From Octopus sinensis (Eukaryota): a stretch of 64,000 nucleotides of DNA. Of this stretch, positions 1 to 11,589 are shown in pieces. Under the pieces are notes generated by a model that worked only from the letters and a program-made list of their open reading frames with translations, did not search any database and had not been told where the DNA came from. Position 1 is the stretch's first letter. The number at the start of each line of letters is the position of its first letter. The stretch is taken from contig NC_042999.1 in NCBI RefSeq assembly GCF_006345805.1, forward strand, positions 139,252,001 to 139,316,000. The letters run 5' to 3'. The position numbers were made by a program, and so were the translations under genes.

Positions 1-159
1 CATACGCACAAACATACAAATATATATATATAGACATACTTATATACGTACGTATATATTTGTGTACATATATATATATTTACATTCATATAAATACATA
101 GTGAAGCTCCTGAGTGAGACTTGGAGCCAACTTGTATAAATGCAAAGCAAATGTCAACC

Positions 160-197
160 ATAAAATAATAATAATAATAATGATTATAATTACTACA

Positions 198-281
<84 letters not shown>

Positions 282-290
282 GAACTATAA
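160..290. repeat. (AAT)n/(CTA)n microsatellite
   Basis: Direct reading. Confidence 0.95.
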
Positions 291-299
291 GTTTGGCTT

Positions 300-735
300 T
301 TGCTTTGTATTTGAAGGAGTTGACTCCAAGAGTCACACAGAGAGTCCAAGAGTCACACAAAGCGCAGCTCTGTATGCCTTGGGTATGTTCTTTTGTTTGT
401 CGTGATGCACTTGTTTTTACTGTACTGAAAGCGTTTCACGTAGGATGTGTGCAGAGCTTAGTGTTATTTACTGTATTTATATATATTTGTTTGTCCTTGT
501 GGTCTTGTTATGTATTTGTCTGAATATCTTTTTTTATCATACCTAATGCAGCAACTATGATAGGAATTATTTCTGTTTTTAGATTACATATTCGAGTTAC
601 CTCTACTCACAGATCTTTGCATTTTGAAAATTTCTCCGATTCCTTTAGAACAACATTGACATCTGTTGGCATTGATGCATTAATTACAAAGCATTTTTGT
701 TCTTGGTGGTCTCTCACATGTCTATCCGACCTACT
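300..735 (-). mobile_element. Dong/R4-like LINE 3' fragment (REL endonuclease relic plus 3' UTR)
   Basis: Degenerate VRDHQEQKCF...EKFSKCKDL...IIPIVAALGMIK, homologous to 8415-8860. Confidence 0.8.
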
Positions 736-754
736 GGCCTTCACTTTCACTATC

Positions 755-883
755 TTCTTCTTCCTCTTTTTCTTTCTCTTTTTCTTCTTCTTCTTCTTCT
801 TCTTCTTCTTCTTCTTCTTCTTCTTCTTCTTCTACTTCTTCTTCTTCTTCTTCTCTTCTTCTTCTTCTTCTTCTTCTTCTTAT

Positions 884-916
<33 letters not shown>

Positions 917-1196
917 CTCTTCTTCTTCTTCTCTTCTTCTTCTTCTTCTTCTTCTCTTCTTCTTCTTCTTTTTCTTCTTCTTCTTCTTCTTCTTCTTCTT
1001 CATCATTACCTTCTTTTTTTTCTTCTTCATCATAATCATCTTCTTCTTCTTCTTCTTCTTCTTTTTTCTTCTTCTTCCTCTTCTTTTTCTTCCTCTTCTT
1101 TTTTTCCTCTTCTTCTTCTTCTCCTTCTTCTTTTTCTTCTTCTTCTTCTTCTTCTTCTTATTATTATTATTATTATCATTATTATTATTATTATTA

Positions 1197-1229
<33 letters not shown>

Positions 1230-1230
1230 C
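755..1230. repeat. (CTT)n/(T)n/(ATT)n compound microsatellite
   Basis: Direct reading. Explains the poly-F/L/S/I ORFs. Confidence 0.97.
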
Positions 1231-1231
1231 A

Positions 1232-1460
1232 TTTTACTCATATCCTACGCAATTACTTTCTATGTAGCCTCCAGTTTTAAAACAAACATAATTTTCTTAC
1301 GGTTTCTTAAACATTTACTAGTACAACACCAACTACAAAACCAAAAATATGGCATCCTAGGCTTCACACCAACATGACCTTCCAAGTTGTTGTCTCTTGA
1401 GGTCTCTAGGTGAGACTTGAAGCCAACTTGTACAGATGTAAAGCAAAGGGCAAAAATATA
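1232..1460 (+). mobile_element. Dong/R4-like LINE extreme 3' end plus 3' UTR with (AAT)n tail
   Basis: HILR(K)LLSM* relic followed by a UTR homologous to the reverse complement of 11590-11770. Confidence 0.75.
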
Positions 1461-1564
1461 TTAATAATAATAATAGTAATAATATTAATAATAACAATAA
1501 TAATAATAATAATAACATAGAAAAATACGTTAGAAATGAGAACCTAAGTTAGAAAATTTCTCAA

Positions 1565-1610
1565 AACACCTGAGGAATGCTGGAGGGTATATCATCCGAA
1601 ACGTTGTGTT
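1565..1610 (+). ncRNA. Minimal type-I hammerhead ribozyme-like motif, canonical C3-G8 core
   Basis: AACAC-CTGAGGA-(21 nt, eroded stem II)-GAAA-CG-T-T-GTGTT. Stem I is AACAC/GTGTT; stem III is the palindrome ACGT. Confidence 0.55.
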
Positions 1611-1625
1611 GGCAACAAACAATTG

Positions 1626-1892
1626 AGATTACATAGAAAGTATTTTGCGTAGGATATGAGCAGTTCCCATGAGCACTATCTTTTGAATTTCTGCCATTTG
1701 AGGGTTTCCTGGTATCTGAGTTAGGTAGCAATCAGCTATCATTCCAAGGGCACCAATAACAATAGGTATTGTTTTACTCTTAAGGTTCTACATTTTGATG
1801 ATTTCTATTTGAAGATCTTTATATTTGCTCAGTTTTTGGTAGGTCTCGACAGATACGTTTTTATCGATTGGGACAGTCATATCAATGAGGAG

Positions 1893-1893
<1 letters not shown>
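1626..1893 (-). mobile_element. Dong/R4-like LINE 3' fragment
   Basis: Minus strand encodes AEIQKIVLMGTAHILRKILSM*, plus a preceding REL relic. Confidence 0.8.
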
Positions 1894-1894
<1 letters not shown>

Positions 1895-1945
<51 letters not shown>

Positions 1946-1946
1946 A

Positions 1947-1982
<36 letters not shown>

Positions 1983-2212
1983 GTATTACTATCATCATCA
2001 TCATCATCATCATCAACATCATCATCATTATCGTTATCATTATCACTATTATCATTATTATCATCATCATTATTATTATTATTATTATTATATTATTATC
2101 CTTATCATCATTACAACTATTATTATTATTATTGTTATTATTATTATTATTATTACTATTCTCATTATCATCATCATCATCATCATAATCATCATTATCA
2201 TTATCATTATAA

Positions 2213-2266
<54 letters not shown>

Positions 2267-2335
2267 CATTATTATTATTTTTGGTGGTGGTGGTGGTGGT
2301 GTTGGTGATGATGGTGGTTGTAACAAAATAGTTTG
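1895..2335. repeat. (ATT)n/(ATC)n/(GGT)n compound microsatellite
   Basis: Direct reading. Confidence 0.97.
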
Positions 2336-2440
2336 AAAATATATAGAAGGAGTTGATATAGCAGAATGAATTTCTATTTAACATTCATAATATCTATTTA
2401 ACTGGTCAGATAATTTTGTGACACATCAAAAATTAAAGAT

Positions 2441-3693
2441 TAAGTGGTCAAGAAAGTCCTTGCGGTTTTTAACCTTTAATTTCAGATGCACATATCTCGG
2501 CTCAAACAAAACTTTTTTAATCGAAATAACACCATCAGAATCAACACACTTTTAGTTATGCCAGTAGCGTAAAAATCCTGCATTCTAGTGGCGATGAAGT
2601 CGTTGAAGGTGTGTTTGGCATCGTCTTCGTTTTTTAAGCATTTCTGATGCAGGAAGTTGTCGAGACGCTTGAAAATGTGGTAGCCGGTAGGTGAGAGGTG
2701 TGGCGAGTATGGCAGATGAGGCAGAGTTTCGTAGCCCCATTCGTTCAACTACTGCAGTGTCAGTTGCACGACGTGCGGTCGAGCGTTGTCGTAGAGAAGA
2801 ATTGGTTCTTTTCTATTGACCAATACTGGCTGTTGTTGTTGGAGTTTCTTATGCATTTCATCCATTTGCACACAATATTTCTCCGCCGTAATGGTTTCGC
2901 CTGGATCCAAAAAGCTGTGATGGATGAGACCGGCTGCAGACCACCATACAGTCACCATGGCCTTCTTTTCGTGCAACTTTGGCTTCGGGAAGTACTGTGG
3001 AGCTTCGTCGGCGTCCAGCTACTGAGCTGAGCGTCGACGGTTGTCGTAAAGAATTCACTTTCCATCCCAAGTCACAATCCGGTCGAGAAACGGATCGTTC
3101 TTGTTGCGTAAAAAATGGAAGATGACACTTCAAAACGGCATTTTATGTTTTGAATTGTCGTTCAATTCGTGCGGTACCCATTTCTCATGTACTTTTGTTT
3201 TTCTAGTATCTTTCAAGTGGTTGGAAATTGTCGTGTACGTTACATCTAATTCAGAAGCCAGCTCTCGAACAGTTGTGCGTGGATTGGCTTCGGCTAAGGC
3301 TCCTAGTGTATCGTTGCTAACATTGGATGGCCGACTACTACGCTTATCATCTTGAAGACTCTCGTCACCGCTAAGAAATTTCTTGAACCACTATTGTACT
3401 GTACGTTCATTAGTGGTTCCTGGGCTAAACGCATCGTTGATATCAAGAGCGTGTTCGGCAGGTTTTCGGCCTAGCTTGAACTGGAATAAGAAAATTGTGC
3501 GAATTTGCTTTTTGTCCATGTTGTATTCAACGTTCCGGAAAAAATGGTCTAATTATTCAAAAAGATTAGATAGTGCGATAACCGGGCTTTAAAATGATAT
3601 ATAAAGTCAAGGTAATGTAATGAAAATTAATTTGAAAATAAATCATTTAAAACCAAAATTAAAAATTCCACAAGAACTTTCTTCACAACCAAA
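2441..3693 (-). mobile_element. Mariner DNA transposon, full length, transposase disrupted
   Basis: ORF pieces VTVWWSAAG, LLYDNARPHV and PYSPHLSPT. Diverged TIRs near 2441-2470 and 3660-3693. Length about 1.25 kb. Confidence 0.88.
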
Positions 3694-3743
3694 TAGAAAC
3701 ACTCATTCACTGATAGTACAATAAATAGTCGGCGGATACTTAC

Positions 3744-3758
3744 TTGGCACTGGTAATA
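3744..3758 (-). CDS. VWA gene exon 7 (15-nt microexon): VLPVP; gene continues beyond the left edge
   Basis: ttttcaattcaagttccag|TATTACCAGTGCCAA|gtaagtat. In frame after the VWA exon. Confidence 0.8.
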
Positions 3759-4787
3759 CTGGAACTTGAATTGAAAAGTAAAAATAAGATAATATAGTTC
3801 CTTGTCATAAATATTTCGTATTACAAATATACATACCTATTCGAGATAATGAATGTTTTAATAATTGCATAATGAATACTTGAATACGTTTCCTCAATAT
3901 TCTAATAATGATTATACTGATTGTGTCGTGCGTTTCACACACGTAATTTTTGTTTAAAATGTTTTAGAAATGTTCATATACATTTTATTACTTAACATAC
4001 ATAGACTTGATGTTCTAAGATATATGTATTAATATAACTGTGAATGAAATTATGTATATATGTATGTGTGCAGAAACTGATAAACGTGTAGAGCTATGAT
4101 AATCTTCCAAGTGTGATACATTGAATATAATTTCTGACATCAGAATACATATTAGAATGATTTCACGTGATTATCTGTATAATAAATTAAATAACTGAGT
4201 ACATTCATATCGTTAGCCATGTGCTCTGGTCATGAAATTGGTCTCAGGAAAAATGTTAGTATGCAACAATATTTATGTGTATTTGTTGTTTCAAATATCG
4301 AGGATTTCCATATTTATTTAAACGATCAATAGCTATATAAGAGAGAAACATTTATTGATAACCTATTAAAATGTCTTAAAATCTGAATCTATAGTACTGA
4401 GAATCGTGTCATTCACTGCCGTCGGCCGATAAAGCAGCACACTGTTTTAAGTTTGAAAATGGAAAACATTATCATCTTTTGAATATATTATATTAATGTA
4501 AAAATATGAATTCATTGCACTTCCTAACACGGCATCAAAGTACGTTTTAATCCCTTTTCAACACGATTAGGCATTATTTTACTATTCAATAATTTATTAC
4601 ATTTTAATTATATACTAATTCAATAATACATATCTAGTCTTCCGTTACAACGTGATTCTGAAACTAAAACTGTTCTGACACTAACACTGCCTCGCAATCT
4701 CCGACATTTTCAGAACCATGGAAAATTATGAAGTCTATCCTAGTGCAATAAATTTTACAATGAGTAGTTACAAAATTATATACATAC

Positions 4788-5354
4788 CATTACAAGTTCT
4801 TTTAATTAATTGCTTCGCGATGGACATAAGAGCATTAAAGTTTCTAACTGAAAACACATAATTTCGGCGTGGTGAGCTACCAATAACGTTCAATTCAGAC
4901 CGTTTAATTCCTTTGCCAACACCAATAGCAAACACAATGGCGCCTGTTTTTCGTAATTTCAATGCTGCGATTTTAGTTTTACTGAGACTGTTGGCTTTGC
5001 CATCAGTTAGAACGATAGCAATATTCGGGACACCTTTTCTATCTCCTGCTCCTCGTCTGAATGACCGTGTCCTCAAGTAGTCAAGAGCTCTATTTGTATT
5101 CGTACTTCCGTGTTTGTACTTTATTCTGCTGATTGCCCTGAGCAACCTCCTCTTGTTATAATACTTATTCATCTTAAATTGCAGTTTGACCTTCCCGCTG
5201 AATGTAATGGCTCCCACGCGAATTTTGTTTCTACCAATGTTAAAGGATTTCACTATATTTTGTGCAAATCTTTTCACTTTCTTGAAGTTCGTTGATCCAA
5301 CACTACCAGAATCATCCAAGACGAGCATAACATCAGCAACTGCCTTATCACAAC
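4788..5354 (-). CDS. VWA gene exon 6: complete von Willebrand factor A domain (matrilin/collagen VI-like)
   Basis: 567-nt phase 1-1 exon (tttcttttgtag|...|gtatgt). MIDAS residues DDSGS, HGST and LTDG are present, with flanking Cys (CDK...RTCN). Corresponds to ORF 4768..5328. Confidence 0.93.
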
Positions 5355-6079
5355 CTACAAAAGAAAGATCAATATTTGATGTCTGAGTTATTCGAAGATT
5401 AGTGTAACGGACAGCATTTTGAGATTTTCAATTTGAAATTGCATGTAATGGTGTATTTATTTTATTAGTATTTTTGAGAAGATGAATTACTAAAACATAT
5501 ATATAGCACTGACTATCTTTGCAATTAGTATGGTTATGAAGGTTCTTTGCCAGTAGAGGGATTGTACGAATATAATGTATTGCATTACTGGACTGCGTGG
5601 AGTGTTCCGTTCTTGTGTAAACATTTCATTTCAGGTTACACCACTCTACGTAGCTAGAAATGTAGAAATGAATTCCAACCAAGGACCACTTTAATATCTC
5701 TTTCCGGTTATCACATCCTTAATAGTCAGCTGGCTTAGTTATGGAAAGGCTGATATAGTAACTGCATTCAACTATATATGTACTTATAATAATTATACAA
5801 AACATAGTGATTACTACCAAACCATACCACTCTATGTTGGCGGTGATATATCTTGTTCTCGGTTGCTCCTTCTGGTTATTGATCGTACCATTTCCGTACT
5901 CTTTTCAGGCAGTATCTTTCACATAGCCTCTAGTGGATGAACCTAGCCACGTTATCGTGCCTCCTTTCGTAATACTTTTGGGCTAGCTTCATACACTCAC
6001 TCAAAATTTATAAGATTGTTTCATTTTTATTGCCACACATCCTAAAAAGGGGTGATCCACTACACTTATTTATTTGGAA

Positions 6080-7720
6080 CCTGGTGTAATTGGTTCTCAG
6101 AGCTTATTCCTTGGCGCTGCATATAAATGCCTCAGTGCATCCTTTCAGATAACTTTTTCTTAGCTATCCCCAAGTGTTGGTCTGGTCTTTTCATTCAATT
6201 TCTTTGATGAATTTCCCATGCAGTGGTTTCATCTTGCAGTTGTTTACTCTTTCTTCTTCTTTCTTAAATGCTTGTAGGTACATCTTATTTTTGGTAGGTA
6301 TTATATTGTTAATTCTAACAGCGGCGAGCAAAGATTCACTTTGTTTTTTGATGTACCATCCCAGACTGTTCTTCCCGTTGACAACACAGATCTTGCATCC
6401 TCTGAGACCTCTTCCACTTCTGTTTCTAGGCACATAGAGTCTGTAAGTATTGCTTTCAGGTGTAGCCCCTTGTTAACTGTCATCACTTTTCTAGTTTTCT
6501 TGTCCATTTCCTCAAGCTCGTTATTTGTCCACCTAAGAACACCTGCGCTGTATCGCATTAAGGAAACAGCCCATGTGTTCAATGCCTTGGCGTTGTTTTT
6601 TTCCATTGAATCAACCTCCCATAATTAACGTGGTTCTTCTGAGCTATTTTCGCCTAAAGCTTTCTTTCATTTCACTTTCCTTGATCTTTTCACATTCTAA
6701 AATCCCCAGATATTTATATCCATTAGTTTTAATGTCCTTGGTCTTTTCGCTGTTGGGTAGCACTATACCATCAGACGACCCTAATCTGCCTCTTTGTATT
6801 ATAAGCATATCACAATTTTTAGTCCTAAATTTCATTCTGATATCCTAACTGAATATCCGTATAGTTGAAACTAGGCCATTTATTTCACGTTCGGTCTTTT
6901 CAAAGGTCTTTACATCATCCATATATAACAGATGATTTAGTTTTCCTCCACTTTTGAATGTGTATCCCGATGTCACTTTCCGTAGTATCTGTGTGAGAGG
7001 TATCATACAAATCACAAACAGTAACGGAGATAGACTATATCCTTGAAATATGCCTCTATTAGGTTAACCCTCACCAAAAGTACTTTCCACATGAAGTTAA
7101 CTCTGTATTCCAGTTTTTCATTGATCTCTTAATAAAATTTGATATGCTCTAGACTTTCTAAAATCCAGGAATGGGGGACCATATCATATGCTTTCTTATA
7201 ATCGATCCTCGCCTTGCCTAGATTAGCAAGACTTTTGTTGCAGTCGTTCAGTACCATTCTGTTTATCAGAAGCTGTCCCTCGGCTTTTCCTTCTGAACCC
7301 TTTCTGTTCGACTGGCAGTTTATCATTCATTTCCAGGAAGATATACACATAATTATATATTATACTTGTCATCAGCTTCCATATCAGGGGCAGGCAGGTG
7401 ATAAGCCGGCAATTATTCACTACATTGCTTTTGCTGGGATCCTTTTGGCAAAGAGCTGCTTTGCTTGTGGTCACCCACTTTGAGATTTGTATACCGTTGG
7501 TGATCATTTTATCCATTTGCGTGGCTATTCTTTGGAAATGTTTCAGCCATTATCCTTGTACCCCATCTGGTCCTGGGCATTTCCAGTTTGGAATCTTTGT
7601 TGTCTGTTCGGTTACTGTTCGATATTCTATTATTGCTGTGTTTCACTTCATATTTTTCCGACCTTGGGTCCTTCAACCATTTAGCATATTATTATTATTA
7701 TCATTTATGGTTTCCTTTCA
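6080..7720 (-). mobile_element. Old Dong/R4-like LINE (RT region), heavily mutated
   Basis: Fragments DYKKAYDMVPHSWI, RLITCLPLIWKL, DKKTRKVMT and PLHGKF. Confidence 0.82.
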
Positions 7721-7789
7721 TTATAATTTTATTTCAGCTGTCTTAGTACCGGGCATCCTCCGGAGGCCAACAGTAGCAAGGTCACTTTT

Positions 7790-8160
7790 GTTTTGCTATG
7801 CATGCTACAATTATCACCACATTGTGCTTTCCGTAGTATATGGGCTGTAGCTATCAAGGTTATCTTTTGTAGTTCACGGAGATCGTAGTTACCAATGAGT
7901 TGCTTAATATACTTCCCAGCTCCCTTCTTTATCATTCCCATCGCACCAGTTACTACTGGTATCATCGTAGTACTAAGCATCCACAGTTTTGCGATTTCAA
8001 TTTGCAGATCTTTATAGTGAAAACGCTTTTTGCATTCCTTTCTTGAGACATTTTGATCTTGTGGCACAGACATATCTATTACCAGACAAGTTCCTCTGTT
8101 GGAGTCCTTGATCACAATGTCAGGCCCATTGGAGTCATTTTTTTATCGTTATGTATTGGG
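7790..8160 (-). mobile_element. Dong/R4-like LINE 3' fragment (REL domain)
   Basis: TCLVIDMSVPQD...YKDLQIEI...TAHILRK in ORF 7729..8115. Confidence 0.82.
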
Positions 8161-8341
8161 AAGTTCCAATGGATTTTGAGCCTCACCATTTACTACATTG
8201 GATAGTGCCTGTACCCCTTATCATGGGATTTTATTTTGTAGTATTTACAAGAATTCCAGTGGATGTACTGCCCTAGTTTGTCATGTTTTATGGGGTACAT
8301 ATTATTATCATCATTATCATTATCATTATTATTATTATCAA

Positions 8342-8414
<73 letters not shown>

Positions 8415-8417
<3 letters not shown>

Positions 8418-11400
8418 TAGTATATTTTTTATAGCGTGCTTTCACTTCGCTACCGAGCGCAGCTATGTATGCCTTGGGTATGTGCTGTGATTTGTTGTGA
8501 TGCTCTGATGGTTACTGTATGGAAAGTGTTCTGCGTAGGATGTGTGCAGTGCCTAGTAGTGCAATTTTCTGTATGTTATATGTGTTTGTAAGTCCTGGTG
8601 TTTTTGTTATGTATTTGTCTGAATATTATTTTATCATGCCTATTATGATAGGAATTATTTCTGTTTTTAGATTCCACATTCTGGTTACCTCTATTTCCAG
8701 GTCTTTGTATTTTGAAAGTTTCTCTATTTCTTTTAGAGACACGTTGTCATCTGCTGGTATTGATACATCAATTAGAAAACATTTATTTTCTTCATGATCT
8801 CTGACAACTATATATGTTCTGTTGGCCTTAATTTCTCTATCTGTGTGTATTGGCATATCCCAGGGTATGGTTGCTTTCTCGTTTTCTATGACCTTTTCTG
8901 GTGTGTGCTTATACCATCTTTTTTCTGTTGTTATTTCATAATGCTGGCATAGCTTTCAGTGTATATAGGTCCCAACTCTCTCGTGCCTGTGAATATATTC
9001 CGTCTTAGCCAGGACTGGGCAGCCAGAGATAATATGATTTATTGTTTCTTGTCCATCACATATTCTGCAGTTACTTGTTATATTTCTTTTCATTACATGT
9101 TTTTGGTAATTTCTGGTGGGGAGGCTTTGGTCTTGTGCTGCAATTAAAAATCCTTCTGTCTCTGCTTTGAGTCCTGAGCTTCTCAACCATTGCTGGGATC
9201 TTTCTTTGTCTATTTCTTTTGCATTTAGTTTAGTCCAGTATTTGCCATGAAGGGGCTTTTCTTGCCATCGTTTGATCATGGTTCATTGCTGTTCTATTTT
9301 TAGTTTGGATTTCATTTGTTTTATAGTTTTTGTTGTTTCTTCATCTTCTTCTTCTTCTTCTTCTTCATATTTGTTAGGTGGTATGATTTCTTGTTTGTAT
9401 TTGTCAGCTTCCTTAAATACTGAGAACAGTTTTTTGTTTTGCTCGTGTTTTGCCGCTATTTGCATCAGTTTTCCTTCCTTCTGAAGTAGATATTTTTGCA
9501 GTCCTATGGTGGTTATTTTATAATAGTTTTCCAGCTGTATAAGGCCTCTACCACCTTCTATACGTTGTATATATAGCCTTTCTATGTCAGATTTTGGGTG
9601 ATGCATCCTAGATCCTGTCATTATTTTTCTTGTTTTCCTATCTATTTTGGTCAGTTCATTTAGTGTCCAGTTAAGGATATTGTAGCTGTAACTTATAACT
9701 GGGACGGCTAAAGTGTTGATACCTATTATCTTGTTTTTAGCATTAAGCTCTGTTTTCAGTATTGATCTAACTCGTCTATAATATTCTTTTTTTATTTTCT
9801 TTTTCATTTGTGTGTGTTGTGTCTTATCTAGTTCATGGATTCCTAAGTATTTGTAAGTTTGGCTTTGGTCTAATTCTTTTATTTCATTGGTTTTATCTAC
9901 TGTGATATGGCTACTCTTAACTAGTTTTCCTCTTTTCAGGGTTACTTTGGCGCATTTCTCTAATCCAAATTTCATATCTATTTCTTTGGTAAATCCATGA
10001 ACTGTCTTTAGTAGTGCTTCCAGCTGTTTGTCATTTGTAGCGTATAGTTTTAGGTCATCCATATATAAAAGGTGGCTGATCGTTTTGCCGTAACATTTAT
10101 ATCCGCATCCAGTTCTGTTTAGCATATCCGATAGAGGTGACAGTGCCAAGCAGAAAAGGAGTGGAGAGAGCGTGTCTCCCTGGAATATTCCTCTTCTAAT
10201 GGGGATGACTTTGGTTTTCAAAGGTTCCTCTTTTGTTTGTAGCTGTAGCACTGTATGCCATTTATTCATAGAGTATCCTATGTATCTTATAATTGTTGGT
10301 GTAACTTTGTTAATGGCTAGTGTTTCGAGGATCCATGTGTGGGGGATGCTATCAAACGCCTTTTTGTAGTTGATCCAGGCCATACTGAGGCCTATCTTTT
10401 TTCTGTGGATGTCTTCAGTTATGGCTTTATTGATTATTAGTTGATCTTTACAGCCATATGAGCCTTTGTGGCATCCTTTCTGCTCTTCTGGAAACAGGTT
10501 GTTTTCGTCCAGGTGCTTGTTCAATCTTTGTGATATTACTGCAGTAAATGCTTTGTACATAGTAGGGAGACAGGTTATAAGCCTGTAGTTTTCTGGCTTT
10601 GCTGTCTCGTTTGATTTGGGAATTAAGATGGTTTTCCCCTTCGTGAGCCATTCAGGCATTGTCTCTGGCTCTGCCAGTATGTTGTTAAAGTTTTCAGCCA
10701 GCTTTTTGTGCATTCCTGTTAGATATTTCAACCAGAAGTTGGGGATCTTGTCATGCCCAGGTGCCTTTTAGGTGCTTAGTCTTTGCAGTGCCTGGGTGAC
10801 CTCTTCAGTTGTTATGGGGGTCCAACGTTGCTCAGATGCTGAGTTTGTTGTTGTAATGCTCCTTTGTTTTTGGTTGTTCGTTCGCCGACCATATTTCTCT
10901 CCAAAATTCTTCCACTTCTTCTGCCGTTGGTGCTGCAGTGATTTCTATTTTATTTTTGCCAAGTTCTTGGTAGAACATTTTGGGGTTAGAGTTGAACTGT
11001 TTATTTTGTTCAAAGAAACGTTGGTGTTTCTCGTAACGGAGGATCCTTTGTGCTTGGGAAGGATATCTTGCTTTAGCTTTTCTTTTATCTCAGGTAAATC
11101 TTTTTCTGTGATGTTGTATTTGCGGAGTATTTTTGTTTTCTTTTTGTTGCTCAGTAGCGTTGATTGTCTACTGATTTCATTAAGAATCGACAGATCTTTT
11201 CTAATTTTTTTTATTTTGTTTTGGATGTTATTTATCCACAGGGTTTGTTTGAGTGGTGGTACTCCTGTTTGGATGGGTTTGAGTGAGTATCCAGCTTCTT
11301 TTGTGGCTGCAGTGGCTGCTGCGTATACTAAGTCATTTAGCTCAGTGATATCGCTTTTTGTTTCAGTGGCTATTAGTTCCGTGACGGCTAGGTTTATGCT

Positions 11401-11540
11401 GTTTATAATTGATGTTGTTGTTTTGTCTATTTTGATTTCTGGGAGGTATGGTCGGTGGTCCATTTTGAGCTCTGTGGTTTTCAGTTCTTTGATTATTATT
11501 ATCATTATGAGAGCCACTGTCTGGTACTGCATCAGGGCAT
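8415..11540 (-). mobile_element. Near-full-length Dong/R4-like non-LTR retrotransposon, frameshifted
   Basis: RT ORF 9283..10731 (QGDTLSP, YMDD), CCHC CRICDGQETINHIISGC, and REL motif IDVSIP...EKLSKYKDL. (AAT)n on both sides. Confidence 0.92.
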
Positions 11541-11584
<44 letters not shown>

Positions 11585-11589
11585 CTATG

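Noticed and set aside
86-2384. Long poly-L/F/S/I/Y/H ORFs (also at 8198-8490, 15918-17262, 18574-18993, 36397-37269 and 52256-53358)
   Set aside because: These are translations of trinucleotide and dinucleotide microsatellites, not genes.
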